This document shows positions 9,285 through 16,530 of a stretch of DNA of 64,000 nt, piece after piece. The notes under the pieces are model-generated. The model saw nothing but the letters and a program-made list of their open reading frames with translations, did not search any database and was not told the DNA's origin. Every line of letters starts with the position of its first letter. Position 1 is the first letter of the stretch. The DNA is from a virus. The stretch lies in IMG/VR virus record IMGVR_UViG_3300020204_000006. One strand, 5' to 3'. The position numbers and the translations under genes are program-made.

Positions 9285-9785
9285 ATGAAAAAAATAGAAT
9301 CATCTAGTTATAAAATTGCTAGAAGGGGCGAAGATCCTCCATCTGCTTTTCAGCAACCTTATGACAGGCCAGATCCATACAAAAGGTACCGTGGCACCAA
9401 TAGTGGCAAAGGTTACAATTTGACAACTTTATTTTCAGGTCCTCTTGCAGGAGAGCCAGAGTCTCTTGGTTGGTCTGCTGTTTCTCCAACGAAATCTGTA
9501 CAGGAAGGTTTTAATACTAAAACACATCCTCTTTCTGAAAATGGAGATCCAGATCAGCCTTTTAATGTGGATGAAGAAACAGATTCTTCTTCAACTCAGT
9601 ATGGTGATGGAGATTACAGTGTTGGTTTTTTTGAAGATTCTAGTCCTTTGTCGAGAAATAATCAGACATTTAATAAAATGCCAGGTAGACAAACGCTTGA
9701 ACATCAATTAAAAAACAAAAGGAATACTAATGAAAATAAAAGTCAACGATTCCCTCAAGGGAGAACTGTACATAAGCTGTCTTGA
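9285..9785 (+). CDS. Hypothetical protein
   Basis: 166-aa ORF with normal composition; 56-nt overlap with the next gene. Confidence 0.65.
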   Translation: MKKIESSSYKIARRGEDPPSAFQQPYDRPDPYKRYRGTNSGKGYNLTTLFSGPLAGEPESLGWSAVSPTKSVQEGFNTKTHPLSENGDPDQPFNVDEETDSSSTQYGDGDYSVGFFEDSSPLSRNNQTFNKMPGRQTLEHQLKNKRNTNENKSQRFPQGRTVHKLS

Positions 9786-10353
9786 TCTTTCATTGAGGAA
9801 GGGTCAAATTCTAGACATAGAAAAAGATCATCTTGCTCATCATGATATTGTTTGGGCTATCAATAAAGGGTATATCTCCTTAGTTGATGGCGAAGTTTCG
9901 TCAATCATGGACGGTAAGGTTGAATTGAAAAATATATCAAACAGAACTCTTATACTTCCAGATAGTGATAGGGCATTGTCTCCTGGCTCATCTGTTTTTG
10001 TAGATTCTTCTTTGCTTTCTAGGCAGGGATACGAATACCTTATAAATAAAAAACTTTTACAAATTTTCTCTCATACTGTTGATACTGTTGTGGTAAAAGA
10101 TCCAAAAGTAGAAAACAAACCTAGTGTAAAAAAGAAAACTTCAAAAAAGGTAGTTAAAAAGGTTTCTGTTTCAAATGATTCTTCAAGCGAGGACATGGAA
10201 ATTTCTGATGTAACAGTAACTGTGCAACCCGTTACTACAAAGAAAGCAGATGCTAAGCCCTACAATCCTAATTCCAGAAAAACAAAGGAAGATAATGCAA
10301 AATCAAATAATTTACCTCAGAACTCTGAGGTGGTTATAAATGATCAAAATTAG
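9730..10353 (+). CDS. Hypothetical protein with two copies of a ~55-aa domain and a Lys/Ser-rich tail
   Basis: Internal repeat (LDLSLRKGQILDI...AINKGYISLV / SDRALSPGSSVFV...LINKKLLQIF) resembling the N-terminus of 37354..37872. Confidence 0.7.
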   Translation: MKIKVNDSLKGELYISCLDLSLRKGQILDIEKDHLAHHDIVWAINKGYISLVDGEVSSIMDGKVELKNISNRTLILPDSDRALSPGSSVFVDSSLLSRQGYEYLINKKLLQIFSHTVDTVVVKDPKVENKPSVKKKTSKKVVKKVSVSNDSSSEDMEISDVTVTVQPVTTKKADAKPYNPNSRKTKEDNAKSNNLPQNSEVVINDQN

Positions 10354-10480
10354 TAGTGAAGCTTCCAAAAAATTTAAGAAAACAAAAAAGAAGAATACTT
10401 CTGTATTAAGGAGATATTTTTCTCTTTTGTATCCTAAAGACTATGTTAATGTTTTAGTGCCTGAAGATAATAAGCAATGA
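10340..10480 (+). CDS. 46-aa protein not in the ORF track (MIKISSEASKKFKKTKKKNTSVLRRYFSLLYPKDYVNVLVPEDNKQ)
   Basis: Fills the gap exactly, overlaps both neighbours (ATGA coupling at 10477); C-terminus resembles the end of 13270..14085 (FRKYWSNIWPKEFIDAVL). Confidence 0.65.
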   Translation: MIKISSEASKKFKKTKKKNTSVLRRYFSLLYPKDYVNVLVPEDNKQ

Positions 10481-11238
10481 CCGAATCTATACACAAAGAA
10501 TTATTAGCTCGAGGTTTTAGGTATGACAATGGTAATATATTGTCAACATTAAACAACACTATATATAGTATTGAATACTTTCAGCATAACATAAAGCAAT
10601 CTGAAGATTCTTTTAAAAAAGATATAGTATCTTGTTGGGATGAAATTTTTAAACTAGATAATTCTTTTTCATATAAAGGCAAAGCAGACAAAGATTTGAT
10701 GAATATTGTTGTTTACATGGGAAATAAGATACAAAGAAGAATATCATGTGGCTTTTATGGAAAAAACAAAAGTAAAATCACTTCTTATGTTAATAAATTA
10801 TTTTCATATAACTCAATAAATTATTTCAACAATTCAAAATGTAATATTTTTATAAAAAACTTTAATTGCATTTTGAGATGTGAAATATCTATGTTGAATT
10901 TATTTATTATAAATCGTCTCGTATCTAATCTTTCTAAGGATATTAAAAAGGTAAGTTATAGTTATAATCAGGGTGTAGAGGGTCCTTGGAGTCATCTTGA
11001 TCTACCTATGCAAGAAAGAGTTTTTGAGTGGAAAGATGTTGATGAGGAAACAATGGGAAGGCAAGACGACAAACAGCATCAAAGAAGATATCTTATGGGT
11101 CTTGAAGACTATGATTCAACAGATGGCTTTAAAGAAGGTTTTTACTACAGAGATCTTGCTTTAGAGCCATTTTTGTTTGAAGATGCTGCAGAGGAATCTC
11201 CATATCCCTATAGAAGTGTTCTTTGGAGTCAACCATGA
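10477..11238 (+). CDS. Hypothetical protein
   Basis: 253-aa ORF, ATGA-coupled on both sides; aromatic C-terminal region. Confidence 0.7.
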   Translation: MTESIHKELLARGFRYDNGNILSTLNNTIYSIEYFQHNIKQSEDSFKKDIVSCWDEIFKLDNSFSYKGKADKDLMNIVVYMGNKIQRRISCGFYGKNKSKITSYVNKLFSYNSINYFNNSKCNIFIKNFNCILRCEISMLNLFIINRLVSNLSKDIKKVSYSYNQGVEGPWSHLDLPMQERVFEWKDVDEETMGRQDDKQHQRRYLMGLEDYDSTDGFKEGFYYRDLALEPFLFEDAAEESPYPYRSVLWSQP

Positions 11239-11561
11239 ATAAGCACTCTCAGCTTCAAAGTTTATTTTCTCGTTCAATTCAAGACGATTTCATAAAAATG
11301 AGTCTTGCGTCGGATTTATTAAAAATAGTTGAGTCTCCTGTGAAGACTTCTTCAAATTCTTTCAGTAAGCCAATGAGTGTTGCTTTTGAAAACATAAAAA
11401 ATTTACAAAGAATGGGTCTTATTTCATTATCATTTAACAATGAAATTAAAATAACAGAGTCTGGAAGAAAAATTCTTGAGTATTTTATACTTAATAATGA
11501 TGACTGTACTTTAAAAGATAATCCCAAAAATTATTCTTCTAGATCGATAAGAAGAATATGA
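11235..11561 (+). CDS. Hypothetical protein, possible winged-helix C-terminus (track start 11223; ATGA-coupled start 11235 preferred)
   Basis: NLQRMGLISL..EIKITESGRKIL resembles a wHTH recognition helix plus wing. Confidence 0.55.
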   Translation: MNKHSQLQSLFSRSIQDDFIKMSLASDLLKIVESPVKTSSNSFSKPMSVAFENIKNLQRMGLISLSFNNEIKITESGRKILEYFILNNDDCTLKDNPKNYSSRSIRRI

Positions 11562-11761
11562 TTGTGGTAAGAAAAATTAATAATAAAAACACAGACTTAT
11601 TAGGTATAGTTAAAAGAATTAAAAAAAGTTTTGATGTAGAAATAGAGGATAATAATTTATACTCTTACTCTATTAAAATTTATAGTAATAAAGATGATTT
11701 AGAGGCTATTTGCTCATTACTTTATAATAATAAAACTAAGTATGAAGTTATTGAAGAATAA
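11558..11761 (+). CDS. Hypothetical protein, 67 aa
   Basis: ATGA overlap with the upstream gene; overlaps the downstream gene. Confidence 0.6.
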   Translation: MIVVRKINNKNTDLLGIVKRIKKSFDVEIEDNNLYSYSIKIYSNKDDLEAICSLLYNNKTKYEVIEE

Positions 11762-12647
11762 AATTCCAATATTAGTTGAAATTGCAGATTCTAATTTTAA
11801 GAGGCAGAATGGTCTTATGTTCAGAAAAAGCATACCTGATAACTATGGTATGTTATTTTCTTTTGATGAACCTCAGGTTTTAAAATTTTGGGGTATGAAT
11901 ACATTTGTCCCACTTGATATATGTTTTCTAGATGAAAATTTTGTTGTTAAATCTATATCATCTATAAAACCACATGATTTAAATTCCATATCATCTGATT
12001 GTCCTTGCAAGTTTGCTCTTGAGACAAATCTTGGTTTTCTTGATAAATATGGTATAAAAAATGGCACAAAATTAAAATTATGGAAAGATGGTCCTTCTTC
12101 TTTTATGGATTTAGACTTTGAAAAAACTGCTCAATCTGAAAACAAAAAAGATGAAACTGGAAAAAAAGTTGAAGAAAATAAAAAAGAAGAAATTTCAAAA
12201 TTAGTAGAAGAAAAAAACAACAAACCGGATGTAGAGACCAGCAACATACCTGAAGAAGATTTTGATGACACGCCAGACTCAAAATTACTTGTTGATAATG
12301 AGAATTCAACAAAACCAGATGTTCAGAGGCAGACAACCGAAAAAATAATAGAAGAGAATGATACAAATAAATTAAAAAAATATCCTAAATTTTCATCATT
12401 TTTTGAAGCATTAAGATGGTCTTATTCAAATGGAGAAGTTATAAGAATATTTTATAAAACTTTAAATGGCAACAGGATAGTCAGGGATGTTGAGCCGCAT
12501 GGTCTTTTTAAGTCTAGAAAAAGCGGCAGACAAGTATTGGTAACTTTTGATAGAAATGTTAATCAGCCAAGAAGTTATATTGCTATGAATGTAAATCAAT
12601 ATTCCTTTATTGGAAGGAAATACCAGAAAAAATTTATATTTACTTAA
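11742..12647 (+). CDS. DUF192-family domain fused via an acidic linker to a WYL-like domain
   Basis: VEIAD..KRQNGLMFRKS...GMLF.F...KFWGMNTFVPLDICF (DUF192); C-terminal IRIFYKTLNGNRIVRDVEPHGL...VLVTFDRNVNQPRSY (WYL pattern). Confidence 0.7.
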   Translation: MKLLKNKIPILVEIADSNFKRQNGLMFRKSIPDNYGMLFSFDEPQVLKFWGMNTFVPLDICFLDENFVVKSISSIKPHDLNSISSDCPCKFALETNLGFLDKYGIKNGTKLKLWKDGPSSFMDLDFEKTAQSENKKDETGKKVEENKKEEISKLVEEKNNKPDVETSNIPEEDFDDTPDSKLLVDNENSTKPDVQRQTTEKIIEENDTNKLKKYPKFSSFFEALRWSYSNGEVIRIFYKTLNGNRIVRDVEPHGLFKSRKSGRQVLVTFDRNVNQPRSYIAMNVNQYSFIGRKYQKKFIFT

Positions 12648-12648
12648 T

Positions 12649-13233
12649 ATGAACGATCTTATAAGAAACTTAATATTTGCATCAAAAATGGCAGAAATAT
12701 CTAGCAATAGGGATATTTCAGGTATTTTACTTGAAGCTTCAGAAAATTTACACATGGTTAAAACAGCGCAATATGCTGGTTTTCAGGGTACTGCTGTAAG
12801 AAATGGTAGATGTTTTTCAAATTGTATAAGAATGAAGAAACATGCCAAGCCTGATTTAAAAGATCAGGAAGTTTGGTCGGAATGTCACAAAGAATGGATA
12901 ACCAGTCTGTATTCTTCTGAAGGAAATGAATTTGATAAATACGCTAGTTCTGACGCAAACGACAATCTTAAAAATGAAATAAGGAACAAGGTTGCTTCAG
13001 GTATGGATATCGGAGAATCTGCTTGGAAAAGTATACTGGAGCAAAATTTTAGTATCTCTCATGAGATATCAAGAAATTCTAAAATAATTAGAGATTGTGC
13101 ATCAAAACTTGCCAGTTCTGGTAATTCAGACTTGGTTAATGAAATTAACAAAATAGCTGATCAATTGGATATTGAGGCAGAAAAAGAATTTAATTTTGTA
13201 ATTTCTGAAGTATTTGGTGAAGGTAAAATATAA
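12649..13233 (+). CDS. Hypothetical protein (track start 12610; ATG 12649 preferred)
   Basis: ATG two bases after the upstream stop; RNGRCFSNC core; several KxAS/KxAQ motifs. Confidence 0.7.
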   Translation: MNDLIRNLIFASKMAEISSNRDISGILLEASENLHMVKTAQYAGFQGTAVRNGRCFSNCIRMKKHAKPDLKDQEVWSECHKEWITSLYSSEGNEFDKYASSDANDNLKNEIRNKVASGMDIGESAWKSILEQNFSISHEISRNSKIIRDCASKLASSGNSDLVNEINKIADQLDIEAEKEFNFVISEVFGEGKI

Positions 13234-13250
13234 AATTATGATTATTAATA
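13220..13250 (+). promoter_or_regulatory. Candidate phage promoter AAGG-N21-TTAATA followed by AAGGAG SD
   Basis: Shares TGAAGGTAAA and TTAATAAAT with 6201-6234. Confidence 0.3.
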
Positions 13251-13269
13251 AATAAAGGAGATCATCACT

Positions 13270-14085
13270 ATGGAATTTTTTACAAATCGTATCGTTGTTA
13301 ATGGGCCAAAAAAGAGTTTTGCAGACATCATAAATGAAGTTTCTAATAAGGGCATGAAGAAGAAGGCATCTAAGGACGCTGAATTGTCCGAAGGAGAAAA
13401 GGCTCAATTAACTCCGGCTCAAGAAAAACTTCCAGAAAATCTTGCCAAGGCCATAGCCAAGTCAAATAAGAAAAAGAAGGTTAAAGGTAAAGGCAAAAAA
13501 GGCAAAAAGAAAGCAGGTTCTGTTGATTCCGTTAAGATCTCTTCTATAACTCCTAACGAAGACGGTACGGTAACTTTGGATATTGATGAAAAAGTTCTTG
13601 CTACAAAAGTTGCTGAAGAAGAAGATTGTTTGAAGTCATCTGATGATGAAATGGATGAAATGGATGAGGATGGTGATGAGGATGGTGATGAGGATGAAGG
13701 CGAAGATGAAGAAACTGATGATGGTGAAGAAACTGATGAGGATGAGGATGAGGATGAGGATGAGGATGAGGATGAGGATGAGGATGAGGATGAAAGCGAA
13801 GATGAAGAGGACTCAGACAGCGAAGGCTCATCTTACGTAGCATCTCTTGAGGCTTTTGAAAAAGAAATGGGATGGGATAAGGAAGCCGCATCTGACATGA
13901 AACAAGCAATTGAAGGTGATAAATGCGGATGCGGCACAAACTATGCAGAGTCAAAAGAGGCCTCTTCCGTTCAGTTTGTCAAAATTGCCAACTTAACAGA
14001 CAAGCAAAAAGGCGTATTTAGAAAATATTGGTCCAATATTTGGCCAAAGGAATTTATTGATGCTGTGTTAGACACAGAAAATTGA
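13270..14085 (+). CDS. Protein with Lys-rich N-part and long Asp/Glu tract (putative internal head protein)
   Basis: AAGGAG SD; KKKKVKGKGKKGKKK followed by a (DE)n tract; aromatic C-terminal motif. Confidence 0.8.
   Translation: MEFFTNRIVVNGPKKSFADIINEVSNKGMKKKASKDAELSEGEKAQLTPAQEKLPENLAKAIAKSNKKKKVKGKGKKGKKKAGSVDSVKISSITPNEDGTVTLDIDEKVLATKVAEEEDCLKSSDDEMDEMDEDGDEDGDEDEGEDEETDDGEETDEDEDEDEDEDEDEDEDEDESEDEEDSDSEGSSYVASLEAFEKEMGWDKEAASDMKQAIEGDKCGCGTNYAESKEASSVQFVKIANLTDKQKGVFRKYWSNIWPKEFIDAVLDTEN
13735..13788 (+). repeat. (GATGAG)9 perfect in-frame hexanucleotide microsatellite encoding Asp-Glu
   Basis: Nine identical units counted, then GATGAA. Confidence 0.95.
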
Positions 14086-14086
14086 T

Positions 14087-14677
14087 ATGAAATTTTTTCC
14101 ATCAGGTAGACTGCATAAAATGCAGTCACAAATATTCAGAAACGCTCAGCTGGATCAGATTTTTTCTGGTCCCGCTGACGTTTCTAAGCAGGCTTCACCA
14201 GTAGATCCACCAAAAACAGACCCACCCCCACCAGAAACTATGCCACCACTAAAAAATCTAAAAGATCTTGTTAAGCAAGAACTGATTGAAACATTTGGTG
14301 TTCCAGAAAGACTCCTTAATTCTAAGTCTGGTTGGTATTCAGAAAAAACAGATTTTTCTACAGGTGAAGATTCTGGATTTTTCTTGATACCAACTTTTTC
14401 TGGAGAGAATGAGTTTTCAAAGGAAGACTTAAAAAAATTCATTCAAAAAATTAAAAAAAGTCATCCTGATCTTGCTTTTGCAGCAGAATTAATTGATGGT
14501 AACTATAAAGTTTCATTTAAAACTGTAAAGCAACAGGATCCGGTAACATCTGGTTCTAGCTTCGACAATCTTCCTTCTGTTAATAAAAAAGCAAGCAGCA
14601 ATAATGATGAAATTTTTGCTGATCTTATAAATTCTAGACGTGAATATCTTTATAGAAAACTACGAGGCATTGAATGA
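14087..14677 (+). CDS. Hypothetical protein
   Basis: 196-aa ORF 1 nt after the upstream stop; ATGA-coupled downstream. Confidence 0.7.
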   Translation: MKFFPSGRLHKMQSQIFRNAQLDQIFSGPADVSKQASPVDPPKTDPPPPETMPPLKNLKDLVKQELIETFGVPERLLNSKSGWYSEKTDFSTGEDSGFFLIPTFSGENEFSKEDLKKFIQKIKKSHPDLAFAAELIDGNYKVSFKTVKQQDPVTSGSSFDNLPSVNKKASSNNDEIFADLINSRREYLYRKLRGIE

Positions 14678-15273
14678 GAATATTTAAAAACAAAGATAAT
14701 TTTTCAAGTTCTATCTTTGGTTCTTCTGAAAAAAACGATACAGACAAAACAGTAAGTCCTAGCGAAGGTTTGTGGTCTAATTTTTTTAACAAAAAAAGTG
14801 AAGTTCTTGAAAATAGTCTTTTGCCAAATGCAAAAACAGTTTCTGGTAAACAGATGCCAGCTTCTGAGGGTTCGGGTTCTGCTCTTTTAAATTCTTCAAA
14901 ACTTGCTGGTTCTGATTTGTTCAATAAAAAAGTTTCAGATAAAACAAAGCAAGAAAGAACACAGGAAAAGCAAGAGCTTAAAAATAAATTGAGTTCTTTA
15001 GATAGAGAATACAGAGTTAAAACAACAGACGATACTCTAATACCAAAAATAAATAGCGTGTCTAAGTGTTCAAGTTCAGAGTCTGGCAAAACTTCTTCTC
15101 CTAAAAATTCAGTATCTATTTTTGATGATAATCCATTTGACGGTGTAAAAGATAGGGAGAAGATATCTAAAGCTCCAAGAGAAAAAAATCAATCAAAAAT
15201 GACTCCAGTTAAAACATCTGAAATTCTAGATAAGGTGTTTGATTCATTGAAGGGTAAGGAAAAAAATGCATAA
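14674..15273 (+). CDS. Hypothetical Ser/Lys-rich protein
   Basis: 199-aa ORF, overlap-coupled both sides. Confidence 0.7.
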   Translation: MRIFKNKDNFSSSIFGSSEKNDTDKTVSPSEGLWSNFFNKKSEVLENSLLPNAKTVSGKQMPASEGSGSALLNSSKLAGSDLFNKKVSDKTKQERTQEKQELKNKLSSLDREYRVKTTDDTLIPKINSVSKCSSSESGKTSSPKNSVSIFDDNPFDGVKDREKISKAPREKNQSKMTPVKTSEILDKVFDSLKGKEKNA

Positions 15274-16306
15274 GCCATCTAATTTTTTTAGTCTGGCTAA
15301 ATTTTCTCAGCTTTCAACGCAGAATTTATCTAGTCCGGTTTTTGAAAACGCAGAAAGTAGCACAGCCCCTGTTGAACAAAAATCTGAATCATCTCTTCCT
15401 GTTTTTGATGCAGGTGATTTTGACGGACAAAATATGCTTGAATCTGAAGGTTCTGATTCAAAAAATCTAAATTTTAATAACCACTTAGAGTTTTATAATT
15501 TTCTCAAAGATATTTTTGAAAAAAATAATAACGATTCAGCTGCTGCCTTTGACGAATCTTGGAATGGGATTCTTGCCCCCTTTCTTGGAGACTCTTCTGG
15601 GGCTTCCCAGGTTGAGGACGGGCTTAAAAGGTTTTTTAGCTCAGAAATAGAAAGCGAAGATGCGGTTGATCTTGTAAATGACATATTTTCTATATATTCA
15701 AGTTCTATAGGACCGGAGATTGAGCCAATCATGACACAAAAACAATCAAATGAAATTATAAACGATATGATAAAGAGATCAAGAGAATCTATTTCTATTA
15801 TAAGTGATTATATTTGCGATAATCTTGTTGGCAATTGCGACACAAGTAATAATTCTTCTATGAAGAAAGAAGCTCAACACAAAGGAATGGAGAATATTTA
15901 TTACTTTGGTCCAGAATCAGTTAGTGTAAGTCCTTTTACTAATGACATACAGTCTGGTCTTCATAGGGTTGAGCAGAATAAAGGTTTTGGACTTGTTTTA
16001 GATGACATTAAGGACTTGGATTATGAAGCCATATGGCGTCAAAATGTTATGGATAAATATACGCAGCCATATAGGGATGAAAATGGCAATTATGTTGGTG
16101 GTTATTTAAATAAAAGATTTGAAATTAATAGAAACATTGATCCAATAAATAATATGCAACTTCCTCCTGGTGTTCGCAACAGGCCTTATGTTCCAGAGCT
16201 TGGATTAACAGAAGCTCGTATGGAAGTTGCAAGAGGAAACAAAGATAAGTTATCAGATCCTTTTAGTTTGTCCAGTGTTGATTTGAATTTAAAAAAAAAG
16301 ATATAA
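15266..16306 (+). CDS. Hypothetical protein ending on a slippery A9 run
   Basis: 346-aa ORF; last codons TTA AAA AAA AAG ATA TAA. Confidence 0.75.
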   Translation: MHKPSNFFSLAKFSQLSTQNLSSPVFENAESSTAPVEQKSESSLPVFDAGDFDGQNMLESEGSDSKNLNFNNHLEFYNFLKDIFEKNNNDSAAAFDESWNGILAPFLGDSSGASQVEDGLKRFFSSEIESEDAVDLVNDIFSIYSSSIGPEIEPIMTQKQSNEIINDMIKRSRESISIISDYICDNLVGNCDTSNNSSMKKEAQHKGMENIYYFGPESVSVSPFTNDIQSGLHRVEQNKGFGLVLDDIKDLDYEAIWRQNVMDKYTQPYRDENGNYVGGYLNKRFEINRNIDPINNMQLPPGVRNRPYVPELGLTEARMEVARGNKDKLSDPFSLSSVDLNLKKKI

Positions 16307-16320
16307 CTAAGTCTGCCCAG

Positions 16321-16524
16321 TTGGATCTTTCTGGTTATGATTCTTATAAGGGCAGATCAAAATCGAACAATACTTACAAAAACTTAAAAAGAGTTTGTCC
16401 TATTTGCAACAGTGATAATTCTGCAGATACGTCGAAAAATAACAACAAGTGTGTTAATTGTGGAGCCTCTTTAAGAGGCGTTCCTTCTCAATTTGTATTT
16501 GCGATAGGTAAGAAAAAACAGTAA
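16321..16524 (+). CDS. Zinc-ribbon protein/domain, possibly the -1 frame extension of 15266..16306
   Basis: CPIC...CVNC; TTG start without SD; frame is open from 16282 across the A9 run. Confidence 0.6.
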   Translation: MDLSGYDSYKGRSKSNNTYKNLKRVCPICNSDNSADTSKNNNKCVNCGASLRGVPSQFVFAIGKKKQ

Positions 16525-16530
16525 AAATAA

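Noticed and set aside
10040-10050. T4-type late promoter TATAAATA
   Set aside because: Occurrences noticed (here and near 35102 and 35221) are inside coding sequence, not upstream of operons; expected by chance in AT-rich DNA
13601-13954. Antisense (HP)n ORF and +frame (MR)n ORF (13643..13840)
   Set aside because: Both are alternative readings of the GATGAG microsatellite within the acidic protein
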